64,000 bases of DNA from an uncultured Candidatus Rokubacteria bacterium (GTDB lineage: Bacteria > Methylomirabilota > Methylomirabilia > Rokubacteriales > CSP1-6): assembly GCA_963734175.1 (NCBI GenBank), contig CAVTGC010000004.1, positions 7,875-71,874 of the forward strand, read 5' to 3'. Positions 31,873 through 40,695 of this stretch are shown one piece after another. Below the pieces are notes generated by a model. It searched no databases and was not told the origin of the DNA. It was given only the letters and a program-made list of their open reading frames with translations. Every line of letters starts with the position of its first letter. Position 1 is the first letter of the stretch. A program made the translations under genes and the position numbers.

Positions 31873-32448
31873 TCATCGAGTCTCGGGACAGTGTCCGGGC
31901 CATGTGCCCGGCGTCTTCCAAAGAGCGCGTACCAGCGAGTCCAGCGAACTGGAAACGATCTCGTCACTCACGCGCGGGCTGGGTGAAACGCAAGCGTGAT
32001 GCCACTCTGACGGGGTCAGTGAGGGGCAATCCCGCGTATTTCTTGAAAGGTTACGGGAGGGCAACATCCTGCGGGGGTGTTGCACCACGCAAACCTTGCG
32101 TTCAGCGCGCAATATTTGAGTGTGCACGATCCTCGAGAGTGTCGACGATCTGACCGGCGGCGCTCGGGGTCCCGTCGGCACAGCGGCAGATCCACCGACA
32201 GGGTGGGGCCCCTCCGGCAGCACGAGCAGCGGCCCTGGGGTGGGCTCCGGAATGGAGATCGGCTCCCGCTCCCAGGCCATGCCGCCGGCATTGTGCTCGA
32301 CGCCGTCGAGATCGGCGCCCTGCCACCCCGGCGCCGCGTCGTCGGCATCGGCATTGGCCAGTGGGCCAACCGTGAGGAGGGCCAGGGTCACCAGGAGGGC
32401 GAGGAGCAGCCTGGAGCAAGGCACCGCCCGGGCGCCGCGTTCTGGCAT
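31873..32448 (-). CDS. Putative small secreted protein (signal peptide); 3' extent uncertain
   Basis: MPERGARAVPCSRLLLALLVTLALLTVGPLANA/DADD has a signal-peptide-like N-terminus with an AXA site. Downstream of ~32130 the reading frame passes through a lower-GC, non-coding-looking stretch, so the real stop may be hidden (possibly by an indel). Confidence 0.25.
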   Translation of the reverse strand: MPERGARAVPCSRLLLALLVTLALLTVGPLANADADDAAPGWQGADLDGVEHNAGGMAWEREPISIPEPTPGPLLVLPEGPHPVGGSAAVPTGPRAPPVRSSTLSRIVHTQILRAERKVCVVQHPRRMLPSRNLSRNTRDCPSLTPSEWHHACVSPSPRVSDEIVSSSLDSLVRALWKTPGTWPGHCPETR

Positions 32449-32528
32449 CTGTTTATTATGCACAACGCACGGATCGGAACCAGACGGCCATCGGGCGCCA
32501 TCGGAGGCGCGGCCCTCCCGGCAGGGGG

Positions 32529-32930
32529 TCAGAACAGCTTCACCACCGCGGCGTGGGCCATGACGACGTCAGGGGACCGCTGAAGCGTCTCGCGATATTT
32601 CGTCTCGAAGGGGCTGTCACCGCCCGACCGCAGCAGGGCGTGGGCCGCGCGGAAGAATCCGTCGACCGTGATGTCGTCGAGCGGAGCCTCCGTCTCGTCG
32701 AACGCCTCGTCGATCGCCGCGATCATCGCCGACAGGGAACGCATCCACGCGAACTGCTCGTGGTGCAGGACGAGTTGCAGCAGGGCCGGCCCCGCCACCG
32801 GGCCGTGCGTCACCTCGTAGCGGGCTCGCTCATCGTCGAGGAGCATCTTGTGGAGCCGGGTCAGGCGGGCCCGGAGGTCGCGCAGACTGGACGTCGTGCG
32901 ACTCCGGCCCGACGGCATCGCAGGAGACAT
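32529..32930 (-). CDS. Hypothetical protein (~133 aa)
   Basis: The ORF has coding-like composition from the ATG at 32930 (MSPAMPSGRSRTTSSLRDLRARLTRLHKMLLDDERARYEV...AVVKLF). No recognised family. It is divergent from the SBP gene. Confidence 0.4.
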   Translation of the reverse strand: MSPAMPSGRSRTTSSLRDLRARLTRLHKMLLDDERARYEVTHGPVAGPALLQLVLHHEQFAWMRSLSAMIAAIDEAFDETEAPLDDITVDGFFRAAHALLRSGGDSPFETKYRETLQRSPDVVMAHAAVVKLF

Positions 32931-32984
32931 GGCTCGATCTTCCAGGAAGGGACCGGTGTTGTCCACTCCTCGAGGGCGCCGGCG

Positions 32985-33012
32985 TTGACTCTCCGGGTGA
33001 TTCGAGGATAAT
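32985..33012 (+). promoter_or_regulatory. Candidate sigma70-type promoter for the plus-strand SBP gene
   Basis: TTGACT (32985-32990), 16-nt spacer, GATAAT (33007-33012). Lies ~60 nt upstream of the ATG at 33076, which has a GAGGAGG SD. Confidence 0.4.
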
Positions 33013-33075
33013 GGCGCGACCCGTTTCCGTCCGCGCTCACTTTCGAGATACAACCGCTCGCTGAGGAGGCCGACG

Positions 33076-34602
33076 ATGCGTCCTGTCCGGGTTGTCGTAT
33101 CCGTTCTGTTCGCGCTGATCGTCACCGTCGGCCCCGCCACCGCCGCGCCCGAGGGCCAGCTGACGTGGGGCGTGCACATCTCGCTGGCTCCCACGTGGTT
33201 CGATCCCGCCGAGACCCAGGGCCTCATCACGCCGTTCATGGTGATGTACGCCATCCACGACGCGCTGGCCAAGGCGATGCCCGGCAACCCGACCGCGCCC
33301 AGTCTGGCCGAGTCCTGGCAGATGTCGCCCGACGGCCGCGTGTACGAGTTCACGCTGCGCAAGGGCGTGAAGTTCCACAACGGCGAGGCGATGACCTCCG
33401 AGGACGTGAAGTTCTCGTTCGAGCGCTACCGGGGCACGGCCGCCAAGCAGATCAAGGATCGGGTGGCCGCCGTGGAAACACCGGGCCCGCTCCAGGTGCG
33501 ATTCCGTCTGAAGAACCCGTGGCCGGACTTCCTCACCTTCTACACCGCGGCCAGCGGGGCCGGCTGGATCGTGCCCAAGAAGCACGTCGAGAAGGTCGGC
33601 GACGACGCCTACAAGAAGGCGCCGATCGGGGCCGGGCCCTACAAGTTCGTGTCCTTCACCCCCGGCGTCGAGCTCGTCATGGAAGCCTTCGACGGGTACT
33701 GGCGGAAGACGCCCACCGTGAAGCGGCTCGTCTTCAAGGTCCTCGGCGACGAGTCGACCCGGCTCGCCGCGCTCAAGCGGGGCGAGGTCGACATCGTGTA
33801 CTCGATCCGCGGCGAGCTGGCCGAGGAGCTGGTGCGCACGCCCGGCCTCACGCTGAAGCCCACCGTCATCCAGTCGCCGCAGTGGATCAGCATGCTCGAC
33901 CAGTGGGATCCACGCTCGCCGTGGAACGACCGGCGCGTCCGGCTGGCCGCCAACCTCGCCATCGACCGCAAGACCATCAACCAGGCCATCACGCTCGGTC
34001 ACTCCCGGCTGACCTACAGCGTGATCCCCAGCACCTTCGACTTCTTCTGGCAGCCACCCGCCTACGCGTTCGATCCGGCCCAGGCCAAGAAGCTCCTCGC
34101 CGACGCCGGCTACGCCAACGGCTTCGACGCCGGCGACTACTACCTGGACATCGCCTACGCCAACGTGCAGGAGGCCGTCGCCAACTATCTGCAGCAGGTG
34201 GGCATCCGGACCAAGCTCCGGCCGCTGGAGCGCGCGGCTCACTGGAGCACCTACACCGACAAGAAGTACAAGAACCTGGCCTACACGGCGAGTGGCGCCT
34301 TCGGCAACGCGGCGACCCGGCTGGAGAGCTTCGTCGTCACCGGCGGGGCCTTCGTATACGGCGGCTACCCGGACATCGACTCGCTCTTCAAGGACCAGGC
34401 GGCCGAGCTCGACCGCAAGAAGCGCGAGGCCCTGCTCCACAAGATCCAGCAGCTCATGCACGAGAAGGTCATGCACATCCCGATCTGGGAGCTGGCCTTC
34501 ATCAACGGCCACGGGCCGCGCGTGCAGGAGTCGGGGCTCGGCCTCATCCCCGGCCACGCCTACTCGGCGCCCTACGAGGACGTGAAGCTCAAGGGCAAGT
34601 GA
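33076..34602 (+). CDS. ABC transporter substrate-binding protein, family 5 (peptide/opine/nickel type, DppA/OppA-like), with signal peptide
   Basis: 508 aa. N-terminal signal MRPVRVVVSVLFALIVTVGPATAAPEG. Family-5 SBP-like sequence throughout (LTWGVHISLAPTWFDPAE..., RKGVKFHNGEAMTSEDVKFSFERY). Strong SD. Its stop TGA at 34600-34602 directly abuts the stop of the convergent minus-strand gene (TGATCA). Confidence 0.85.
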   Translation: MRPVRVVVSVLFALIVTVGPATAAPEGQLTWGVHISLAPTWFDPAETQGLITPFMVMYAIHDALAKAMPGNPTAPSLAESWQMSPDGRVYEFTLRKGVKFHNGEAMTSEDVKFSFERYRGTAAKQIKDRVAAVETPGPLQVRFRLKNPWPDFLTFYTAASGAGWIVPKKHVEKVGDDAYKKAPIGAGPYKFVSFTPGVELVMEAFDGYWRKTPTVKRLVFKVLGDESTRLAALKRGEVDIVYSIRGELAEELVRTPGLTLKPTVIQSPQWISMLDQWDPRSPWNDRRVRLAANLAIDRKTINQAITLGHSRLTYSVIPSTFDFFWQPPAYAFDPAQAKKLLADAGYANGFDAGDYYLDIAYANVQEAVANYLQQVGIRTKLRPLERAAHWSTYTDKKYKNLAYTASGAFGNAATRLESFVVTGGAFVYGGYPDIDSLFKDQAAELDRKKREALLHKIQQLMHEKVMHIPIWELAFINGHGPRVQESGLGLIPGHAYSAPYEDVKLKGK

Positions 34603-35907
34603 TCAGGGAGCGACGGCCTGCCCCATCTCCTGCACGCGCCGCCGCACGAGGTCCAGATGCACGCGCAGGTGGTAGTAGGCGTCGGAGTAGCCGAGCGGCA
34701 CCCGGAGGCCCCGGATCTCGTCCTCGATGTGCTCGAGCCGGGTCAGCAGCTCGGCCCGCTCCTCCGGCGAGGGGCGCCGGGTGAGGAGCTGGTCGACGTC
34801 CACCACGTCGCGGTACCGCTTGATGATCTTGGAGCGGATGCGCCAGGCATAGACCGCGGGCACCAGGCGCGCCAGCGGCACCAGCACGAGCAGCGGCAGC
34901 AGCAGCACCTTGACGCGATCGGCCAGCGTCGCCGCCCAGAATGGCAGGTAGCGAGCCAGCAGCGGCGGTCCCGACTTGTGGTACCGCTCGGCCTCGCCCA
35001 TGAGCGGGAACTCCAGGTACTCGGGAGAGGGAAACTGCTTGGGCGCCTCGAACATCCCCCGCTGGCCGTGCACGGAGGCGGCCGTCACCAGGATCAGATC
35101 CACCAGCGCCGGATGGAAGTCGGTCCGAACGACCAGGGTGGCGGCCGGCGCCAGCAGCAACGTCTCTCGGGGCGGCAAATTCGACTCCAGACTGATGCCG
35201 CCGGCGGGCAGGACGAGCTTCGTCAGGAACGGAAACCGCTTGGTGTAGGCGTCGGCCCGGGGGAAGCTCAGGAGCGCGATCCCGGGGGTGCCAAGCATCT
35301 CCCGCACCGTCGGCGAGGTCGTTCCGGCTACCAGAAAGACGGTATCGACGGCGCCCCGGCGCAGCGCGTGGGCGGCCTCGATGCCCGTCAACGGGAGCAC
35401 GCGGGCCGTCGAGGCACTGATGCCGTTGGCGGCCAGCAAGGTGAGCGCGACCGCGCGGGTGCCGCTGCCCTCCGGACCGACGGCCAGGCGTCGGCCTCGT
35501 AGCTCGCGCAGGTCGGTCGGGCCGGGATCCGCGCGCGAGAAGACCCAGAGCGGCTCGAAGTACAGGCTTCCCAGCGACACCAGCTTGTCCGGGGCCGCGC
35601 CGCTGCTGGTTCCGCCCTGGACGAAGCCGATGTCGACGCCGCTCTGGGGATCCTCGAGGAGACGGATGTTCTCGACGGCGCCGGAGGTCTGCCGCACCTC
35701 CAGCGTGATGCCCTCCCGGGCGAGCCGCGTGCGGTACTGCTCGGCGAATCGATAGTAGGCGCCGTCGGCGCGGCCGGTCGCGATGACCACCCGGCTGGGC
35801 GGCGCCGGCTTCACCCACTGGAACGCCACGATGAAGGCGATGACGACCGCGATCGTGGCCGGCCCCACCACGGCCAGCTGGTCCCGCCACGCCCACCGCG
35901 ACTTCAT
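34603..35907 (-). CDS. Membrane-anchored TAXI-family (TRAP-associated) solute-binding-like protein with extra C-terminal TM segment and cytoplasmic tail
   Basis: 434 aa. N-terminal TM (LAVVGPATIAVVIAFIVAF). TAXI-like core (VVIATGRADGAYYRF..., SGAVENIRLLEDPQSGVDIGFVQGG). C-terminal hydrophobic stretch LLLPLLVLVPLARLVPAVYAW followed by a charged ~90 aa tail. No DctQ/M-like TRAP membrane genes nearby. Confidence 0.6.
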   Translation of the reverse strand: MKSRWAWRDQLAVVGPATIAVVIAFIVAFQWVKPAPPSRVVIATGRADGAYYRFAEQYRTRLAREGITLEVRQTSGAVENIRLLEDPQSGVDIGFVQGGTSSGAAPDKLVSLGSLYFEPLWVFSRADPGPTDLRELRGRRLAVGPEGSGTRAVALTLLAANGISASTARVLPLTGIEAAHALRRGAVDTVFLVAGTTSPTVREMLGTPGIALLSFPRADAYTKRFPFLTKLVLPAGGISLESNLPPRETLLLAPAATLVVRTDFHPALVDLILVTAASVHGQRGMFEAPKQFPSPEYLEFPLMGEAERYHKSGPPLLARYLPFWAATLADRVKVLLLPLLVLVPLARLVPAVYAWRIRSKIIKRYRDVVDVDQLLTRRPSPEERAELLTRLEHIEDEIRGLRVPLGYSDAYYHLRVHLDLVRRRVQEMGQAVAP

Positions 35908-37433
35908 CGCGCCCCCCTGTCGCGGAGCGTCTTGCGGTCGATCTTCCCGGCCGGGGTCTTGGGCAGCTCGTCCACGATCTCGATGGCCCGCGGGTACTCG
36001 TGCTTGCTGAGCCGGTCCTTGACGAACTCCTGGAGGTCACGGGCAAAGGCCGCCGTCTTGCCGACGGCGACGACGAATGCCTTGGGGATCTGGCCGCGCA
36101 GCTCGTCGGGGACGCCGATCACCGCCGCCTCCCGCACGTCGGGGTGGCCGAGCAGCGCCTGCTCGATCTCCAGCGCGCTCATCGTCCACCCGGCCGAGAT
36201 GATCACATCGTCGGAGCGGCCGGCGTGAAAGAAGTAGCCGTCGGCGTCGACGGAGCCGCGGTCCTTCACGCGGAACCACTCGCCCCGCCGCCGCACCGCG
36301 ATCTCGCCGAGCTGTCCGGGCGGCAGCGGACCGTCGGCGCCGACGACCGCCACCTCCCAGCCCGGGGCCGCCGTCCCGAGCGCCCCCCGCCGGACCTCGT
36401 AGCCCTCGAAGCCGGGATAGTTGACGATGATCACCCCGACCTCGGTGCTGCCGTACATGCTGCAGGGCTTCCGCCCGAACGTCTGCTCGACGAACTCCCA
36501 CGTCTTGCCGTCCATCGGCTCGCCGGTGAACGACAGCTTCTCCGGCGTGAACCGCCGGTCACCGGCGGCTCCCGACTCGCGGATCATCCGGTAGACCGTC
36601 GGCGCCGCCGCCAGGTTGGTGATGTCGAAGGCGCGCAGGGCCTCGACGAGCCGGTCCGGGCTGAACTTCCCGGCGTAGCTGCCGACCGCGATCCCCAGCG
36701 CCAGGGGGGCCATCGTGCCGTGCCAGAGCCCGTGGCCCCACGCCGGTGACGACGGGCAGAAGTACCGATCGCCGGCCCGCAACCCGACGCCGTAGAGCGC
36801 GGCGACCATGAGCGTGACCACCGAGCGATGGGTGTGGCGCACGGCCTCGGGCAGCGCGCGCGTGGTTCCCGACGTGTACTGGAACAGCGCGAGCTCGTCG
36901 GGCCCGGTGGCCGGCACGTAGCGCGGGGACGCCGCTCGCAGCCGCTCGGCGAGCGAGTCGACGGCGACGACGGTGACGCCGGGGAACCGCGCCTGCCAGC
37001 GCTCGGCGTCGTGCTCGACGACCAGCATCCGGGGCCGGCAATCGTCGATGCGCAGCGCCAGTCCGTCGGGCCCGAACAGCGTGAACAGGGGGACGGCGAC
37101 GGCGCCGCGCTTGACCGTCCCGAACACGGCCCCGTAGAAGGCCAGCGAAGGCTCCAGCATGATCGCCACCCGCTCGCCGCGGCCGACGCCGGCCTCCTCG
37201 AGCACGTTGGCGAAGCGGGAGGACCAGTCGGCCAGCGCGCCGAAGTCGTGCTCCTCGCGCCGGCCGTCGGCGAACTGGATGCGCAGCGCCGTGCCCTTGC
37301 CCAGGTGGCGGTCGACGCACTCGTGGGCCAGGTTCAGGCGCTGCCGATCGCCGTCCACCAGCTCCCACAGCGCGTCCCACCGGAACTGCTCCCGCGCCTC
37401 GGGATAGCGGCGCACATCGAGGATCGAGCTCAT
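35904..37433 (-). CDS. AMP-dependent acyl-CoA synthetase/ligase
   Basis: ~509 aa from the ATG at 37433 (MSSILDVRRYPEAREQF...). AMP-binding motif LFQYTSGTTRALPEAV, then YGSTEVGVIIV and ELPKTPAGKIDRKTL. ATGA overlap with the upstream MaoC stop; its stop overlaps the TAXI start. Confidence 0.85.
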   Translation of the reverse strand: MSSILDVRRYPEAREQFRWDALWELVDGDRQRLNLAHECVDRHLGKGTALRIQFADGRREEHDFGALADWSSRFANVLEEAGVGRGERVAIMLEPSLAFYGAVFGTVKRGAVAVPLFTLFGPDGLALRIDDCRPRMLVVEHDAERWQARFPGVTVVAVDSLAERLRAASPRYVPATGPDELALFQYTSGTTRALPEAVRHTHRSVVTLMVAALYGVGLRAGDRYFCPSSPAWGHGLWHGTMAPLALGIAVGSYAGKFSPDRLVEALRAFDITNLAAAPTVYRMIRESGAAGDRRFTPEKLSFTGEPMDGKTWEFVEQTFGRKPCSMYGSTEVGVIIVNYPGFEGYEVRRGALGTAAPGWEVAVVGADGPLPPGQLGEIAVRRRGEWFRVKDRGSVDADGYFFHAGRSDDVIISAGWTMSALEIEQALLGHPDVREAAVIGVPDELRGQIPKAFVVAVGKTAAFARDLQEFVKDRLSKHEYPRAIEIVDELPKTPAGKIDRKTLRDRGAR

Positions 37434-38512
37434 CGCGTGGGCAGCACGACCTCGGCGGTCCCGGCCGCGATCACCTCGCCGCGCTGGTTCGTTCCGTCGA
37501 TCTCCAGCGTCACCACGCCGCCCGGCGCCTTGCCGGTGACGCGGCCCCGGCACCACGTGGTGTCGCCGATCAGGTTGTGGCGCAGGACCTTGGCGTGCAG
37601 ACGGCGCAGGAAGCCGCCGTCGCCCATCCAGTTGGTGACGAGGTGCCCGAGCCAGGCGACGCGCTCGGGGCCGTAGTCGTAGGCGCCGGGGACCCCGACG
37701 GCCCGGGCCATCGCCTCGTCCCAGTGCACGCGCTCGGGCGGCTCCGGCACGCCGAAGCCGTTGGGAATGCCGAGCGCGGGATGACGCTCGAACATGTCGA
37801 AGGCGAGGCCGTGCGCGCGCACATACAGGCTGCCCCATCCCTGCACGAAGGCGACGACCGAGGTCACGGTCAGCGGCCCCTTCACCACCTCGGGCATCGC
37901 CTCCCCCACCGTCACGTCCTCCCAGTAGCGCGGCGTCGCGCCCCGGATCGCCTCCGTCGCGTACGCGTGCTTGATGGCGGCCAGCTCGGCGGCCGAGTAC
38001 TGGTGGGGTCCCTCCGAGGTGTACTTGCCGCGCTCGCGCGCGGTCTCCCGCTCGGTGCGGAAGCACCACGAGTCGGCCTCGCAGACGACCTCGCCGCGCT
38101 GGTTGGTGAAGGTCGTCCGGTAGATCTGCTGGATGGCCCGCTTGGCGAACTTCGACGGCTTCTCGATCAGCGCGTGGAGCACGCTCTCACCGACGATGCG
38201 ATCGTCCATCCGGATCGGGCGCTCCCAGCGGAAGTCGGTCCCCGCGTACATCGCGTGGATGCCGGGCAGGCCCCCGACGTAGCCGGAGACGATCCGGTCC
38301 AGCGCGAACAGGATCGTCGGGGGGGCGACGCCGGCCGCGGTCCAGTACGGGTTGCGGTCGCCGATGCCGTGGGCCCAGTGCCGGATGGCGTCCCGGGTGG
38401 CCACCTCGATGTAGGGCTCAGGACGACGCACGGGCTTGCCGAGCCGGGATTGGAGGTTGGCGAGCGCCTCGGGCGTGATGGAAGGAAAGCGCGTGGAGGC
38501 CAGCGTGGTCAT
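37430..38512 (-). CDS. MaoC-like double hot-dog (R)-enoyl-CoA hydratase/dehydratase
   Basis: 360 aa, matching the two-domain N-terminal half of MaoC plus MaoC dehydratase arrangement (PYWTAAGVAPPTILF..., VAFVQGWGSLYVRAHGLAFD..., GRVTGKAPGGVVTLEIDGTNQRGEVIA). GAGAGGA SD. Confidence 0.8.
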   Translation of the reverse strand: MTTLASTRFPSITPEALANLQSRLGKPVRRPEPYIEVATRDAIRHWAHGIGDRNPYWTAAGVAPPTILFALDRIVSGYVGGLPGIHAMYAGTDFRWERPIRMDDRIVGESVLHALIEKPSKFAKRAIQQIYRTTFTNQRGEVVCEADSWCFRTERETARERGKYTSEGPHQYSAAELAAIKHAYATEAIRGATPRYWEDVTVGEAMPEVVKGPLTVTSVVAFVQGWGSLYVRAHGLAFDMFERHPALGIPNGFGVPEPPERVHWDEAMARAVGVPGAYDYGPERVAWLGHLVTNWMGDGGFLRRLHAKVLRHNLIGDTTWCRGRVTGKAPGGVVTLEIDGTNQRGEVIAAGTAEVVLPTR

Positions 38513-38621
38513 GCGGTCATCCTCTCGTCGTCACCGGAGTCCGAGCACGTTGGGGACGATCAGGGTCAGCCGGGGCCAGAACGTGTTGGCACATGGGCAG
38601 CGTCAGCATAACGCGCCCGGT

Positions 38622-38638
38622 CCCGGCGACTCGCCGGG
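38622..38638. promoter_or_regulatory. Perfect GC-rich palindrome (CCCGGCGA-C-TCGCCGGG) in the dppC-maoC intergenic region; candidate attenuator/stem-loop
   Basis: 8-bp inverted repeat with a 1-nt centre in the 143-nt gap between the stop at 38655 and the start at 38512. No U-tract follows. Confidence 0.3.
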
Positions 38639-38654
38639 GAGTGTCGCGTCGGGC

Positions 38655-39626
38655 TCAGGCCTTCCGGCCCCCTGCCATCATGCGCAGGAACGCCGGCGAC
38701 AGGCGGGGGTCGAGCGTGTCACGGATCCCGTCGCCGAGCAGGTTGAAGGCGAGCACCGTCACCGTGATGGCCAGGCCCGGGAAGAAGGCCAGCCACCACG
38801 GCGGCACCAGGGCGGTGATCGAGTCGGCCAGCATGTTGCCCCAGGTCGGCGTCGGCGGCGGCACGCCGACGCCCAGGAAGCCGAGCGCCGCCTCGATGAC
38901 GATCGCCACGCCCAGGTGGGTGGTGGCCAGCACCAGGTAGGGCGCGATGCACTGGGGCAGCACGTGCAGGGTCATGATCCGCAGCGCCGAGCCGCCGCTC
39001 GCCCGCCCCGCCTCCACGTACGGCATCTCGCGCACCGACAGCGCCACCGAGCGGATGACGCGGCCGCCGAAGGGAATGCGCGTGATGGCGATGGCGAAGA
39101 TGACAGCCTGCAGGCCGGTGCCGATGGCCATCGAGATCGCCATGGCCAGGATGAGGTCGGGGAACGCCTGCATGATCTCCATGATCCGCTGGCTCACGAG
39201 ATCGAAGCGTCCGCGCAGGTAGCCGCACGCCACCCCCCACAGCGAGCCGACCGTCGTGCCCAGGATGACCGCCGAGAACGCCACGAACAGCGAGGTGCGG
39301 GCGCCGTAGATCACCCGGCTCAGCGTGTCGCGGCCCACCTGGTCGGTACCGAGCAGGCTCTGGGCGTCCGGCGGCTTGTTCATGCGGCGGAAGTCCGCCT
39401 TCAGGGGATCGCGCGGGGCCAGCAGCGGCGCCGCCAGCGCCACGAACACGATGAACAGCCCCACGACGCCCCCCAGGGCCGACAGCGTGTTGCGGCGGGA
39501 GAAGCGCACGAGCTCGGCGAGGACGGCCTTGAGCGCGGGCGCCCGGCGGGCGCTCGACGCCGGCGGCTCCACGGCCCCGACCGCGGCCTCGGCCATCAGC
39601 TGTACCGGATGCGTGGGTCGAGCCAC
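38655..39626 (-). CDS. ABC transporter permease, DppC/OppC-type
   Basis: 323 aa with a binding-protein-dependent transport inner-membrane signature region (LAFFPGLAITVTVLAFNLLGDGIRDTLDPR) and multiple TM segments. Confidence 0.8.
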   Translation of the reverse strand: MARPTHPVQLMAEAAVGAVEPPASSARRAPALKAVLAELVRFSRRNTLSALGGVVGLFIVFVALAAPLLAPRDPLKADFRRMNKPPDAQSLLGTDQVGRDTLSRVIYGARTSLFVAFSAVILGTTVGSLWGVACGYLRGRFDLVSQRIMEIMQAFPDLILAMAISMAIGTGLQAVIFAIAITRIPFGGRVIRSVALSVREMPYVEAGRASGGSALRIMTLHVLPQCIAPYLVLATTHLGVAIVIEAALGFLGVGVPPPTPTWGNMLADSITALVPPWWLAFFPGLAITVTVLAFNLLGDGIRDTLDPRLSPAFLRMMAGGRKA

Positions 39627-40552
39627 GCGTAGCTGAGGTCGACGAGGACGTTGACCGCCACGAAGATCACCGCGTACAGGAGCACGAGGTTCTGCACCAC
39701 GATGATGTCACGCTCGATCACGGCGGTCACCAGCGCGCGCCCCAGCCCGGGCACGCCGAAGGCCTGCTCGACCGCCACCGAGCCGCCCAGCACGAAGCCG
39801 AGCAGCACGCCCGAGATGGTGATGACCGGCAGCAGCGCGTTGGGCAGCGCGTGGCGCATGACCACGAACCCCTCCCGCAGCCCCTTGGCCCGGGCCGTGC
39901 GCACGAAGTCCTCGCTGATCACCTCCAGCAAGCACGAGCGCGACATGCGCGCGATGTAGGCGCCCTGGGCGAGGCCGAGCACCAGCGCGGGCCCGATGAC
40001 GATCTGCAGGTTCTCCCACGGGCTCTGCCAGAGGTGGACGATGACGATGGGCGCCTTGTAGCCGAACCAGAACAGCAGGGCCAGCACGATGAGCATCCCC
40101 ATCCAGAAGCCGGGGACGGCGATGAACAGCACCGACAGCGCGCGGGCCACCCCGTCGGGAAGGCTGTTGGGTTTGAAGGCGCTCAGGATGCCGACCGGGA
40201 GCCCGACCAGCCACGAGACGACCAGCGCCAGCACCGCGATCTCGGCACTGATGGGCCCGCGGTGGAGGATCTGCTCGGCCACGGTGTCGCCGCGGAAGAA
40301 CGACTTGCCGAGCCGGCCGGCCCCGATGTCGACGAGCCAGCGGCCGTACTGCACGGGCAGCGGGGCGCTGAGGCCGAGGTCGGCCATGATGCGCTCGCGG
40401 TCGGCCGGCGTCATCCGCGCGTGGCCCTCCACCCCGAGGATGGCCACGAGCGGATCCCCCGGCAGGATCCGGAGGATCACGAAGATGCTGATCGACACGC
40501 CGAGCAGCGTGATGGCGGCATACACGGCCCGGCGCGCTAGATACTTCCTCAT
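39596..40552 (-). CDS. ABC transporter permease, DppB/OppB-type
   Basis: ~318 aa from the ATG at 40552 (MRKYLARRAVYAAITLLGVSISIFVILRILPGDP...). The 31-nt 3' overlap with the dppC-type gene is typical for these permease pairs. Confidence 0.8.
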   Translation of the reverse strand: MRKYLARRAVYAAITLLGVSISIFVILRILPGDPLVAILGVEGHARMTPADRERIMADLGLSAPLPVQYGRWLVDIGAGRLGKSFFRGDTVAEQILHRGPISAEIAVLALVVSWLVGLPVGILSAFKPNSLPDGVARALSVLFIAVPGFWMGMLIVLALLFWFGYKAPIVIVHLWQSPWENLQIVIGPALVLGLAQGAYIARMSRSCLLEVISEDFVRTARAKGLREGFVVMRHALPNALLPVITISGVLLGFVLGGSVAVEQAFGVPGLGRALVTAVIERDIIVVQNLVLLYAVIFVAVNVLVDLSYAWLDPRIRYS

Positions 40553-40557
40553 TCGAG

Positions 40558-40627
40558 GTGGGGGGCCCCGAAAGGGCCCCCCACACCCCCCAGCGTTCGG
40601 GGGGCCCCGGCGGAGCCGGGGCCCCCC
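40558..40627. repeat. Two tandem, related, perfect GC-only hairpin palindromes in the SBP-permease intergenic region (REP-like or mRNA-stabilising stem-loops)
   Basis: GTGGGGGGCCC-cgaaa-GGGCCCCCCAC at 40558-40584 and GGGGGGCCCCGG-cggag-CCGGGGCCCCCC at 40599-40627. Both are built on a GGGGGGCCCC core. The first ends 5 nt from the permease start codon. No T-tract. Confidence 0.6.
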
Positions 40628-40695
40628 TCTATCGAGCGATCGATGGCTCCTCGCGACGCTCTGAAGGCGCTTGACCGCGCCTGCTGTCACGCCGT

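Noticed and set aside
33165-34784. 539-aa plus-strand ORF in an alternative frame over the SBP gene
   Set aside because: It is Arg-rich with no motifs. The 33076-34602 frame carries the family-5 SBP signatures, signal peptide and SD.
34589-36046. 485-aa minus-strand ORF overlapping the TAXI-like and acyl-CoA synthetase genes
   Set aside because: It is a wrong-frame Arg/Gly-rich translation. The genuine frames on the same strand encode recognisable TAXI and AMP-ligase sequences.
40558-40627. GC palindromes as a CRISPR array
   Set aside because: There are only two copies, they are themselves hairpins of different sequence, there is no regular repeat-spacer periodicity and no cas genes.
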